Shown one piece after another: positions 7,742-16,414 of a DNA stretch of 64,000 nt. Both the position numbers and the translations under genes were made by a program. How positions within the stretch are numbered: position 1 is the stretch's first letter; each line of letters opens with the position of its first letter. The notes beneath the pieces are model-generated. The model was given only the letters and a program-made list of their open reading frames with translations, made no database searches and was not told the DNA's origin. The stretch comes from an uncultured Bacillota bacterium (GTDB lineage Bacteria > Bacillota_I > Bacilli_A > RFN20 > CAG-826), in contig CASFDV010000002.1 of the NCBI GenBank assembly GCA_949293555.1, positions 106,210 to 170,209 of the forward strand, read 5' to 3'.

Positions 7742-9553
7742 ATGAAGAAGATGCCGCTCATGCTCCTCGCGCTCGCGCTCGTCGCGCTGCCGCTATCGTC
7801 ATGCGGGGACGATGTCGTCTCGGACACCGGGACTTCGGAAGCCTCCGAGTCTGTGAAGCCAGTCAGTTCCTCAACCCCCGCGAAGGAGAAGTTCACCCTC
7901 ACCTTCGAGGCGGACGGGAAGGTCGTCGAAAGCCTGACCGTGGAGGAAGGGGACTCGGCTGAGTCTCCCGTCGCGCCGGAAAAGGAAGGATATCGATTCC
8001 TGGGGTGGGCCTTCGACGAGGCGGGGAACAGCCTTGCCGATTTCCCCTATTCGCCGAGCGAATCCACGACCCTTTACGCGGTCTATCTATCGAACCTCGA
8101 CTACTTCCTTGCCGCCCGGGAGAAGACTCTCGGAGGGGAGGGCTGGCGCTACAAGGACGAGCTCGCCATCCGGACGAAGCTCGGCGCGGGCTCGCTTTCC
8201 GTAGACGGCCCCACTGGGATCCGGGACGGGGAGGTCGCCCATGACGAGGCGGGCGAAGGGACCCACTACGCCCACTACGTCAGTTCCGGCGCCCTCTTCT
8301 TCGACGGGGAAAGCACGTCCTATCGGGACGGGACATCGCTCCTCAAGGTCGAGCAGGACGAGGACGGGAACATCACGGGCGCCACTTCCGCGGTCGCCGT
8401 CCCCGGCGTCGAGGACGATGGCTCCACCTTCGCCAAGGCGATCTTCGAATATGAGGAGGAAGACATCCACGCCATTCTCGAGACCGAGGAGGAAGGCGTC
8501 TACGAGATCGACACCAAGATGAACGCCTCCAGCATCATCAAGTCGGTCCTGGGGAATCTGAACAACGCGGTCGTGGAGGCCATCGTCGGGGCCCTCCCCG
8601 AGACCGTCCCCGACTTCGCGATGTACGTCACCTTCACGGAGGATGGCCACGTCGACACGTACCTTTATGACTTCGAGGTGCAGGTCTCCGTCGCCGGCCA
8701 GCCCCAGACCATCAGCCTTTCCTACGCGCTCGACTTCACTTCCTACGGGAAGCAGGCTATCGCCGAGCCCTCCTTCCCCGGGCTATACGTCACGAGGGAT
8801 GAGATCTCCGGTTTTGTCGCCGAGGAGAAGGAAGCGATGGGGGAGTACCTGTCCTCGTCCGGGACTTCCTACGACTACGAGCTCAAGACGGACGTAGACT
8901 TCAGCGCCCTTTCCCTGGCTGACTCCATCACCGTGAAGGGTTCCACGAAGCGTGAGATCAAGGGAGGGGAAGTCTACTTCTCCAACATCGTCGAGGTCGA
9001 CCAGATGGGCTACCTCAATGAGGAGGGCGAGGAGTTCCCTGACTACAAGAGGACGCGCGGGAAGACCGCGGACGGGAAGGTCTGGGACGTGAACGACCGC
9101 GTCTGGCCGCTCTCCGACGAGATCGTCGAGGTTACGGGCGATACCTCGCTTGACGAGCACTACCTCCTCCCGTCCCTTCTCCTCGAGGGGGCCTACGTCT
9201 CGCTGGCGATCGACGGGACGGATGGCACGTCCTTCCATCTCACCAGCGCCGGCGTGATCGCCCTCATGGATTGGATCGACGATTCCGTCCGGCTCGACGA
9301 GACGGGCGCGGAGAAGCCTTCGATCTGGGGCGAGGGGAACGGATACTCCGCGCTTTCCGCGGACGAGGCCGTCCTCACGATCGCCAGGGAAGCCGGCGTC
9401 ATGACGGGCATGACCGTCTCCGTCCAAGGTTCCTACGACGCCAAGATCGGGGAGGACGAGGGAGAAGCGGACCTTTCGATCGACCTCAGCATCGCCCTTA
9501 CCGCTGACGGGGAGGACTACGTCGCCCCCGAAGATGCCGCCGACCTCGTCTAG
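7742..9553 (+). CDS. Acidic surface lipoprotein with Listeria-Bacteroides (InlB B-repeat-like) repeat domain
   Basis: Signal peptide plus lipobox LSSC|G; FTLTFEADGKVV…GYRFLGWAF…TTLYAVY matches the Listeria-Bacteroides repeat fold; remainder very D/E-rich; AGGAGAAGGA RBS. Confidence 0.75.
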   Translation: MKKMPLMLLALALVALPLSSCGDDVVSDTGTSEASESVKPVSSSTPAKEKFTLTFEADGKVVESLTVEEGDSAESPVAPEKEGYRFLGWAFDEAGNSLADFPYSPSESTTLYAVYLSNLDYFLAAREKTLGGEGWRYKDELAIRTKLGAGSLSVDGPTGIRDGEVAHDEAGEGTHYAHYVSSGALFFDGESTSYRDGTSLLKVEQDEDGNITGATSAVAVPGVEDDGSTFAKAIFEYEEEDIHAILETEEEGVYEIDTKMNASSIIKSVLGNLNNAVVEAIVGALPETVPDFAMYVTFTEDGHVDTYLYDFEVQVSVAGQPQTISLSYALDFTSYGKQAIAEPSFPGLYVTRDEISGFVAEEKEAMGEYLSSSGTSYDYELKTDVDFSALSLADSITVKGSTKREIKGGEVYFSNIVEVDQMGYLNEEGEEFPDYKRTRGKTADGKVWDVNDRVWPLSDEIVEVTGDTSLDEHYLLPSLLLEGAYVSLAIDGTDGTSFHLTSAGVIALMDWIDDSVRLDETGAEKPSIWGEGNGYSALSADEAVLTIAREAGVMTGMTVSVQGSYDAKIGEDEGEADLSIDLSIALTADGEDYVAPEDAADLV

Positions 9554-9577
9554 CTTCCATAGGAAACGCGGACGCCT

Positions 9578-9604
9578 GCCCTTCCTTCGCGGGGAGGGCT
9601 TTTT
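9578..9604 (+). terminator. Rho-independent terminator after lipoprotein gene
   Basis: GCCCTTCC-TTCGCG-GGGAGGGC stem followed by TTTTT. Confidence 0.55.
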
Positions 9605-9644
9605 CTTCCTCTATATTCCTTGAGGGCTTATAGTTGCAGCCGCT

Positions 9645-9728
9645 GGGCCCATGGCGGAATGGCAGACGCGCCAGACTTAGGATCTGGTGGGGCGACCCGT
9701 GCAAGTTCGAGTCTTGTTGGGCCCACCA
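9645..9728 (+). tRNA. tRNA-Leu (anticodon UAG), class II with long variable arm, CCA encoded
   Basis: Acceptor GGGCCCA/TGGGCCC; anticodon stem CCAGA/TCTGG with loop CTTAGGA (anticodon TAG at 9678-9680); T-arm CAAG-TTCGAGT-CTTG; 3' ACCA. Followed by its own terminator. Confidence 0.8.
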
Positions 9729-9737
9729 AGCGGAACC

Positions 9738-9759
9738 CCCCGGCGGAAGCCGGGGTTTT
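9738..9759 (+). terminator. Rho-independent terminator after tRNA-Leu
   Basis: CCCCGGC-GGAA-GCCGGGG perfect stem followed by TTTT. Confidence 0.65.
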
Positions 9760-9816
9760 CTTGTCTTCGCGGGAGCCCTTGACGGGTCTCCTACCATGAA
9801 GGAAGGAGGAATCGAT

Positions 9817-10374
9817 ATGAGAAAGAGTTTCGGCCCGCAGCCATGGCTATATCCGCAGCCCGTCCTGATCCTCGGGACGTTCGGGGAGGATGGGACGCCG
9901 GACGCGATGAACGCCGCCTGGGGAGGAATCGCCGACCAGGACGAGATCTTCGTGAGCCTGAGCCTCGACCACAAGACGGTGGAGAACATCAGGAAGAAGG
10001 GCGCCCTCACCATCTCGGTAGGCACGAGGGACATGGTCGCCGAATGCGACTACCTCGGGATCGTGAGCGGCAACAAGGTCAAGGACAAGGTCGCCCGGGC
10101 GGGGCTCACGTGGGTGCGTTCGCAAAGGGTGGACGCGCCCCTCTTCGACCAGCTGCCGCTTGCCTTCGAGTGCAAGGTCGCCTCGCTTGACGAGGAGACG
10201 GGGATCCTCCGCGCGAAGATTCTCGACACCCTCGCGGACGATTCGATTCTCACGGACGGGAAGATCGACCCGCGGAAGCTCGGGGCGATCGCCTTCGACG
10301 GGGCGACATCTACCTATCTTCTCGTCGGGGAAGAGGTCGCCAAGGCCTTCTCCGTCGGTAAGAAGCACCTTTAA
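9817..10374 (+). CDS. Flavin reductase-like FMN-binding protein (flavoredoxin family)
   Basis: 185 aa. The start was refined to ATG 9817, which has an AAGGAGG RBS. Track ORF 9634.. is an upstream extension running through the tRNA. Motifs …PVLILGTFGEDGTPDAMNAAWGG… fit the flavin reductase split-barrel. Confidence 0.7.
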   Translation: MRKSFGPQPWLYPQPVLILGTFGEDGTPDAMNAAWGGIADQDEIFVSLSLDHKTVENIRKKGALTISVGTRDMVAECDYLGIVSGNKVKDKVARAGLTWVRSQRVDAPLFDQLPLAFECKVASLDEETGILRAKILDTLADDSILTDGKIDPRKLGAIAFDGATSTYLLVGEEVAKAFSVGKKHL

Positions 10375-11963
10375 AGGGTCGTAACGTATATTTCGTAAGG
10401 CCGGAACTCCTCGGAGATATCCTCGTAGTTATGGAGAAGGATCGTCCCCGGGATATCCGGCTTTTCGCATGTCCTGGACGAGAAGTTCGCGAAGACGCGG
10501 AGCCTTCTCTCCCCAATGCGCCTCGTGTAGCAGATCCAGTCGCCCTTCTCGAGATAGTCCGGCTCGAAGGCGCCGTCCCGGATGAGCCCGCGGTAGAGGG
10601 GATCCTTCCAGACGCGGATCGCCTCGCGGTAGAAGGCGAGGACGGAAGAGGGGTCTTTCTCCTCGCGGGCGACGTTATATTCAGGGTCGTCCTTCCCTCC
10701 GTCGATCCACGGCGTCCCGGACGTGAAGCCATAGCCCTTCCTGGCGTTCCAGCGCATGGGGATCCGCGCGTTGTCCCTCGCGGTGCTCGCCAGCGCCTCC
10801 CTTGCCTCCGGCTCGCTCATGCCCATGTCCTGGAGGATCTGGTAATGGTTGATTGCCTCGATATCCCTGTAATCCTCAATCGAATGGAACGATCCATTGA
10901 TCATTCCGATCTCATCCCCCTGATAGATGAAGGGGGTTCCGCGGAGGAAAAGGGTGGAGGCGAACATCATCTTCGCGCACTTTTTCCGGTAATGGAGGTC
11001 GCCGTAGCGGTTGAGCGCCCGCGGGAGGTCGTGGTTGTTCCAGAAGATGGTGTCCCATGACTTGCCCGGGTCGGTCATCTGCCTTTCATAGATGATGTCG
11101 CGATAGGTCCGGCAATCGAAGGGTCGGCAGCGCCACTTGCCGTACTTGGGATCGTGGAAGGCTCCCCAGTCGTTGAAGAGGAAGACCATGGATAGTTCCT
11201 CCCTCTCTGGATCGGTGTAGAGCATCCGGGACTCGGTGTCCGCGCACCAGCATTCCCCGATCGCGATGGATTCTTCCTTCCGGCCGAAGGTGCGGCGGTT
11301 CAGCTCGTGGAGCCTTTCATGGAGACGGGGGCCGTTCTGGAGGATATGGCGGTCCACCTCCTTTCCGATGTTCTCGATGACATCGAGACGGAAGCCGTAC
11401 ACCCCCTTGTCGAGCCAGTAGTTGCAGGCCTCGTAGAGGGCTTCCCTCATCCTTTCCGAGTCCCAGTTCAGGTCGGGCTGACCGGGCGCGTACAGGTGGA
11501 AATAGTAGTCCTTCGTCTCCTCGTTCCATTCCCAGGCGGAGCCCCCGAAGGTTGCCTGGATGTCGTTGGGCTTGTCGCGGAATATGTAGAACTCGCGGTA
11601 AGGGGAGTCGAGCGCGCTCCTGGCCGAGCGGAACCAAGGATGCTCTTTCGAGGTGTGGTTGAGCACCATGTCGAGGATGATGCGGATCCCTCTCTTCCCG
11701 GCCTCCTCGATGAGCATGTCCATGTCCTCGTCCGTGCCGAAGATGGGATCGACGGACTTGTAGTCGCTTATGTCGTAGCCCATGTCTTCCATCGGAGAAC
11801 GGAAGCATGGGGAAATCCAGATGGCCGTCGCCCCTAGCTTTTCGATGTAGGGAAGCCTCTTGATGATGCCTTTGAGATCGCCGATCCCGTCTCCGTCCGT
11901 GTCCTGGTAGGAACGGGGGTACACCTGGTAGATGACATCGTCTTGGAAGCGGGGATGGCTCAT
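10371..11963 (-). CDS. GH13 alpha-glucosidase (oligo-1,6-glucosidase / trehalose-6-phosphate hydrolase-like)
   Basis: 530 aa; GH13 conserved regions DMVLNHTS, GFRLDVIENI, EL…ECW, FWNNHD. Confidence 0.88.
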   Translation of the reverse strand: MSHPRFQDDVIYQVYPRSYQDTDGDGIGDLKGIIKRLPYIEKLGATAIWISPCFRSPMEDMGYDISDYKSVDPIFGTDEDMDMLIEEAGKRGIRIILDMVLNHTSKEHPWFRSARSALDSPYREFYIFRDKPNDIQATFGGSAWEWNEETKDYYFHLYAPGQPDLNWDSERMREALYEACNYWLDKGVYGFRLDVIENIGKEVDRHILQNGPRLHERLHELNRRTFGRKEESIAIGECWCADTESRMLYTDPEREELSMVFLFNDWGAFHDPKYGKWRCRPFDCRTYRDIIYERQMTDPGKSWDTIFWNNHDLPRALNRYGDLHYRKKCAKMMFASTLFLRGTPFIYQGDEIGMINGSFHSIEDYRDIEAINHYQILQDMGMSEPEAREALASTARDNARIPMRWNARKGYGFTSGTPWIDGGKDDPEYNVAREEKDPSSVLAFYREAIRVWKDPLYRGLIRDGAFEPDYLEKGDWICYTRRIGERRLRVFANFSSRTCEKPDIPGTILLHNYEDISEEFRPYEIYVTTL

Positions 11964-12013
11964 GGTTCTCTCCTTTTGGTTGGTCCTTATAGTATAGGAG
12001 AGGAGGATTTCCT

Positions 12014-12955
12014 ATGGGCTTCTTGACGATGGACTCTCCCTTCCGGGAATACTTGGATTCCGATTTCAGGAAAGGTTTCGGGGACTTCTTCCTTCCTCTC
12101 AGGGTTAAGGAGGAAGAACTCCGCGGGCTGACGATCGGGGAGGCCCTCGCTCGGAACGGGATCGAGGAACGGCTCCGGGAAGACACCCTTGAAGGAATGG
12201 AGGATGCCATGGATAGGGATCTTCCTTCCTTCGGGCACGTTCTTCCTCATAACAAGGCGAGCCGCTACCTCTCCTATGAAATCCCGGGGGAGAAGGGAAA
12301 GGTCATCATTCTTCCCGGGGGCGGCTACGAGTACGTGGCCGGGTTCGTCGAGGGCTACCCGATTGCCAGGGAGTTCAACAAGCTCGGCTATAGCGCATAT
12401 GTGCTGAACTATTCCGTCGGGGAGGAGGCGCGCTTCCCTCGTCCTCTCTTCGACGTCGCGGGTTCGGTCACGGACATCATCCCCCCTGGTTCCAGGAGAT
12501 ACGCCCTCCTCGGCTTTTCCGCAGGCGGGCACCTTGCCTCCTATTTCTGCACGAGGGAGGCCCAGGCGATGACGGCGATGGTTGCCAGGCCGGGAGCGCT
12601 TCTTCTCGGCTACCCCGTGATCACCATGCGGAACGCCACTCATGGAGGATCTAGGCTCCGCGTCCTTGGCGAGGATATGAGCGATGCTCGCATGGACATG
12701 CTTAGCGTGGAAAGGCACATCGACCCTGGCTACCCGCCGACATACTGCTGGTGCGGGGAAAAGGATGATTGCGTGCCGTCAAAGAATTCCCACGATTTAG
12801 AAAAGGCTTTGCGGGAAAACAACGTGGAACATGATTTTTTCTACGGGGATTTCGCCAAGCATGGCCTAGGAGACGGTCACGATAGCCCGATGGAGGGTTG
12901 GATCGGGCATGCGGCGGGCCTTTTGGACCGTTGGCTTGATGATTATTTCTTCTAA
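12014..12955 (+). CDS. Alpha/beta hydrolase (acetyl esterase/lipase-like)
   Basis: 313 aa; oxyanion-hole region ILPGGGYEY, nucleophile elbow GFSAGGH. Confidence 0.75.
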   Translation: MGFLTMDSPFREYLDSDFRKGFGDFFLPLRVKEEELRGLTIGEALARNGIEERLREDTLEGMEDAMDRDLPSFGHVLPHNKASRYLSYEIPGEKGKVIILPGGGYEYVAGFVEGYPIAREFNKLGYSAYVLNYSVGEEARFPRPLFDVAGSVTDIIPPGSRRYALLGFSAGGHLASYFCTREAQAMTAMVARPGALLLGYPVITMRNATHGGSRLRVLGEDMSDARMDMLSVERHIDPGYPPTYCWCGEKDDCVPSKNSHDLEKALRENNVEHDFFYGDFAKHGLGDGHDSPMEGWIGHAAGLLDRWLDDYFF

Positions 12956-13017
12956 ACCCTCCTCTTTTTCCTTCTTTTTGTCTATAAGAGGATTCGCTCG
13001 GTTTCTTCATGCCTAAT

Positions 13018-13038
13018 CGAGGTGATACAATCACCTCG
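13018..13038. promoter_or_regulatory. 9-bp perfect inverted repeat CGAGGTGAT-ACA-ATCACCTCG immediately upstream of the membrane-protein gene
   Basis: Ends 4 nt before ATG at 13043; contains a GAGGTGA SD-like motif. Confidence 0.4.
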
Positions 13039-13042
13039 GCTT

Positions 13043-14461
13043 ATGAGCGAGACCCGGAACGTGGACACTCCCGCCGAGCGGGAAGGGGAGAAGAAAGACC
13101 ACAGGAAGAGGAACTACATCATCACCCTTCTTTTGCTTTTCCTTCTGACCGCGGGCTCCCTTCTCTTCGCCTTCTATGGCGCTGGCGATGGCGACATCGT
13201 CGCCGGGTGGAACCAGATCGTGGACGCCATCGCTTCCGCGAACATCTGGTGGCTCGTCGGGATCCTCGGCATCATGGCGGCCTCCTATCTGGTGGATGGT
13301 CTGGTCATCTACGTGTTCGCTCGGCTTTACACGAGGCGCTACCACTTCTACCAAGGATGCGTGGTCGGCCTCATCGGCGCTTTCTACAACAACGTCACCC
13401 CCAGCGCTTCGGGCGGGCAGCCGATGCAGGCCTACATCATGAAGACGCAGGGGCTCGAGATCAGCAATGCCGCCTCGATCATGGTCATGTGGTTCATCTG
13501 CTATCAGATTTCCCTCATTTCCTTGGATATCGTCGCCATCGGCGTGGAATGGGAGCAAATCATGGCGATCACATCCTTCGCCATCCCCGGCGTCTCCATC
13601 GGCGGCTGGCACGGCGAGATCCCGATGGTGCCCCTCATCGTGATCGGATTCCTCCTGAACCTTTCCGTCATCGGGATCGTCCTCATGATGTCCTTGTCCC
13701 GGAGGTTCCAGAACTTCGTCCTCCACTACGTGGTGAGCTTCCTTGCGAAGATCCGCCTTCTGAAGAAGCCGGACAAGACGAGGGAGAACCTGCGGGTGCA
13801 GGTTGAGAACTTCCGGATAGAGCTGAAGCGCCTTTTCGGGAACATCCCCGCGTTCATCCTGGTCTTCGTCCTGCTCACGATCGTCTTGCTGCTCCGCTTC
13901 TCCGTTCCTTACTTCGCAGGGCTTTCCCTCGATGCCTATGGCTGGGAGGTCGGCTACGACTTCTCGGAAATGTGGGATGGGATCTTCCGCAGCTCCTTCC
14001 ATCAGATGGTGACGGGCCTCATCCCGACTCCTGGAAGCGCCGGCGTCTCCGAGCTCTTCTTCACCGCGATGTTCAACGACTTCTACAAAGACACCCTCCT
14101 CGTGGATGCGGACGGGACGAGCGTCGTCGTCCGTTCCGCCTCGGCGAACATGATGGCCATCCAGATCCTCTGGAGGACCGCGACCTACTACCTCGTCCTT
14201 CTCGTCGGAGGGCTCGTCGCCTCCTTCTACCGCAGCCGCCCGAAGGAGATGTACCGCTATGCCAACCGCCAGACCTTCGTCGACCTCCAGCTTTCCACCT
14301 TCGAGGAACGTAGGCGCTCCGTGGACACCCTCTATGAGACCCGCCAGCTTTCCAGGAGGGCGATCCTCCGCGAGGTGGAGCCCCTTCCCAAGGGGCAGGA
14401 GACAGGCGACGCGGAGTTCGACTATCCGGTCGCCCATAGGAAGGACGGGGAACAGGGATGA
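13043..14461 (+). CDS. UPF0104 / lysyl-PG-synthase-TM-like (flippase-like) integral membrane protein
   Basis: Multi-TM; conserved motif …PTPGSAGVSELFF… typical of the LPG_synthase_TM/flippase-like family; an alternative GTG start at 13022 (the track's start) would add 7 aa. Plus strand chosen over the antisense ORF 13031..14437. Confidence 0.7.
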   Translation: MSETRNVDTPAEREGEKKDHRKRNYIITLLLLFLLTAGSLLFAFYGAGDGDIVAGWNQIVDAIASANIWWLVGILGIMAASYLVDGLVIYVFARLYTRRYHFYQGCVVGLIGAFYNNVTPSASGGQPMQAYIMKTQGLEISNAASIMVMWFICYQISLISLDIVAIGVEWEQIMAITSFAIPGVSIGGWHGEIPMVPLIVIGFLLNLSVIGIVLMMSLSRRFQNFVLHYVVSFLAKIRLLKKPDKTRENLRVQVENFRIELKRLFGNIPAFILVFVLLTIVLLLRFSVPYFAGLSLDAYGWEVGYDFSEMWDGIFRSSFHQMVTGLIPTPGSAGVSELFFTAMFNDFYKDTLLVDADGTSVVVRSASANMMAIQILWRTATYYLVLLVGGLVASFYRSRPKEMYRYANRQTFVDLQLSTFEERRRSVDTLYETRQLSRRAILREVEPLPKGQETGDAEFDYPVAHRKDGEQG

Positions 14462-15642
14462 AAGTCGCCCTCTTCAGCGATACCTTCCCGCCCGAGAGGA
14501 ACGGGGTCGCGACTTCCTGCCGCTCGCTTTACCGCACCCTCCGCTCTCACGGGGACGAGTGCTACGTGATCACCACGAACCCCGAGGACACGGGGATCGT
14601 GAGGGAAGGGGATGATGGCTCCATCATCCGTCTGCCTGGACTCCGCCTGAAGTGGCTCTACGACTATAGGGCCGCCTTCTTCTATAGCCCCACCGCCATG
14701 AAGATCCTCCAGGACTGGAAGCCGGACGTCGCCCACATCCAGACGGACGCGGGGATCGGTCGCTTCGGGTTCCTCGCCGCGAGCAAGCTCGGCATCCCGA
14801 CCGTCTACACCTTCCACACGATGGTGGAGGACTACACCTACTACGTGACGAAAGGGGTGCTCGACAGGGCGGCCAAGGGCATCGTCCGGAGCTATATCCG
14901 CCATATGTCGCTTGCCGCCGACGAGTTCATCACCCCGAGCGAGAAAATCCGTGAATATATGCGCACCATCGGGGTGGACGCCCAGGTGAACATCGTTCCT
15001 ACGGGGACGGATTTCTCCCTCTACGACCCTTCCTCGATCCCGGAAAAGGAGGTCGAGGAGCTCAGGGAAAGGCTCGGCATCCCCAAGGACGCGTTCGTCT
15101 TCCTTTTCCTAGGGAGGGTCGCCAAGGAGAAGTCCGTGGACCTGCTCCTGAAGGGCTATGCCTCCTTCCTCGCCCTGAAGGGGAAGAAAGACACGCGCTT
15201 CGTGATCGTGGGAGGAGGTCCCGCCCTTGAGTCCCTTGAGGAGATGGCCAAATCCCTCGGGATATCCGGGAAGGTGATCTTCACGGGCCCGGTCAGCCCC
15301 GACGTGACGCCTCTTTACTACCAGCTGGGGGATGTCTTCCTGAGCGCCTCCGTCACGGAGACCCAGGGACTCACCTTCCAGGAGGCCGTCGCGGCTAGGC
15401 TCGTCCTCCTGGCCCGTTACGACGACGCGCTCGTGGAGACCGTCAAGGACGGGGAGACAGGTTTCTTCTACGTCGATGAGAAAGACCTTGCGAGAAAGAT
15501 GGTGGGCATATTGGCACTTCCCGAGGCTAAAAGAAGGGTGATGGAGGAGAAGGCGCTCAAGGTGATCGAGCCTTATTCGCTGGATGCCTTCCATCGGAAC
15601 ATCAGGAAGGTTTACGAGCGTGCCATCAGGAAGAATTGGTGA
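14458..15642 (+). CDS. Glycosyltransferase family 4 (glycolipid/diacylglycerol glycosyltransferase-like)
   Basis: 394 aa; GT4 fold with C-terminal E…E motif region; start overlaps the upstream gene (ATGA). Confidence 0.85.
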   Translation: MKVALFSDTFPPERNGVATSCRSLYRTLRSHGDECYVITTNPEDTGIVREGDDGSIIRLPGLRLKWLYDYRAAFFYSPTAMKILQDWKPDVAHIQTDAGIGRFGFLAASKLGIPTVYTFHTMVEDYTYYVTKGVLDRAAKGIVRSYIRHMSLAADEFITPSEKIREYMRTIGVDAQVNIVPTGTDFSLYDPSSIPEKEVEELRERLGIPKDAFVFLFLGRVAKEKSVDLLLKGYASFLALKGKKDTRFVIVGGGPALESLEEMAKSLGISGKVIFTGPVSPDVTPLYYQLGDVFLSASVTETQGLTFQEAVAARLVLLARYDDALVETVKDGETGFFYVDEKDLARKMVGILALPEAKRRVMEEKALKVIEPYSLDAFHRNIRKVYERAIRKNW

Positions 15643-16414
15643 GGAAGTCGTCTCTGTCTCCCGCCTCAAGGGCGGGAAGTTCCGCGTGAGGATCGGCGCG
15701 GATTCCTTTCTTCTCGTGGAAAGGGCCTACGTCGAACTCATGCCCTACAAGGGCAAGAAGGTGTCCCCGGAGGAGAAGGCCCGCTACCTGGAGCTCGAGA
15801 AGGAAGGAAGGGTGCTCGCCTTCGGGGAAGGGCTGGCGCTAAGGAGGAGGCTTTCCCCCATGAAGATGTACCGGGCCCTCCTCAAGAAGGCGGAAGGAAA
15901 CAAGGTCCTTGCGATGAAGGTGCAAGGGATCCTGAAGGAAGAGGGTCTCATCGACGAACGGGCGTTCGCGGAGGAATACGCGGAGGAGCATTCCTTCCGG
16001 GGGGTCGGTCCCCGGAGGATCCTCGAAGGGCTCGCGGAGGAGGGGGTATCCAGGGAAACGAGGGCATCCCTTTCTCTGAAGGAGGACGAGAAGAAGGCGC
16101 GGGACTACCTTCCCCTGATGGAACGGAAGTTCGGATTCCTCCCCAAGAGGGAAAGGGTCGAGAAGGGGACCGGCTTTCTAGTGAGGAAAGGGTTTTCTGA
16201 AGGACTATCTCGGAAAGTTTCTTCCGAAATCCGAGAAAATAGCCAGGAACGAAAGAAATATCTGAAGACTACCTTTCTTAAGATAAGGACAAGGCTGGAA
16301 GGAAGGTATAATGATGGGGAAGTGAGGTCCAGAGTCCGTCTCGCCCTTCTTGCGAAAGGATTCTCCCTCCAAGAGATCGAAGAGGAGGAGCGTTCGCATG
16401 AGCAGGATCGCTGA
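15584..16414 (+). CDS. recX: RecX family regulatory protein
   Basis: Three-helix RecX repeats (…GPRRILEGLAEEGVSRE…); true start uncertain. The track ORF starts at ATG 15584 inside the GT4 gene (a 59-nt overlap), and no SD-preceded start exists after the GT4 stop. 3' end overlaps yhaM by 17 nt. Confidence 0.6.
   Translation: MPSIGTSGRFTSVPSGRIGEEVVSVSRLKGGKFRVRIGADSFLLVERAYVELMPYKGKKVSPEEKARYLELEKEGRVLAFGEGLALRRRLSPMKMYRALLKKAEGNKVLAMKVQGILKEEGLIDERAFAEEYAEEHSFRGVGPRRILEGLAEEGVSRETRASLSLKEDEKKARDYLPLMERKFGFLPKRERVEKGTGFLVRKGFSEGLSRKVSSEIRENSQERKKYLKTTFLKIRTRLEGRYNDGEVRSRVRLALLAKGFSLQEIEEEERSHEQDR

Noticed and set aside
9498-10034. 178-aa minus ORF and N-terminal extension of the plus ORF 9634.. 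overlapping tRNA-Leu
   Set aside because: They run through the tRNA gene and its terminator; the real CDS starts at 9817 with a proper SD.
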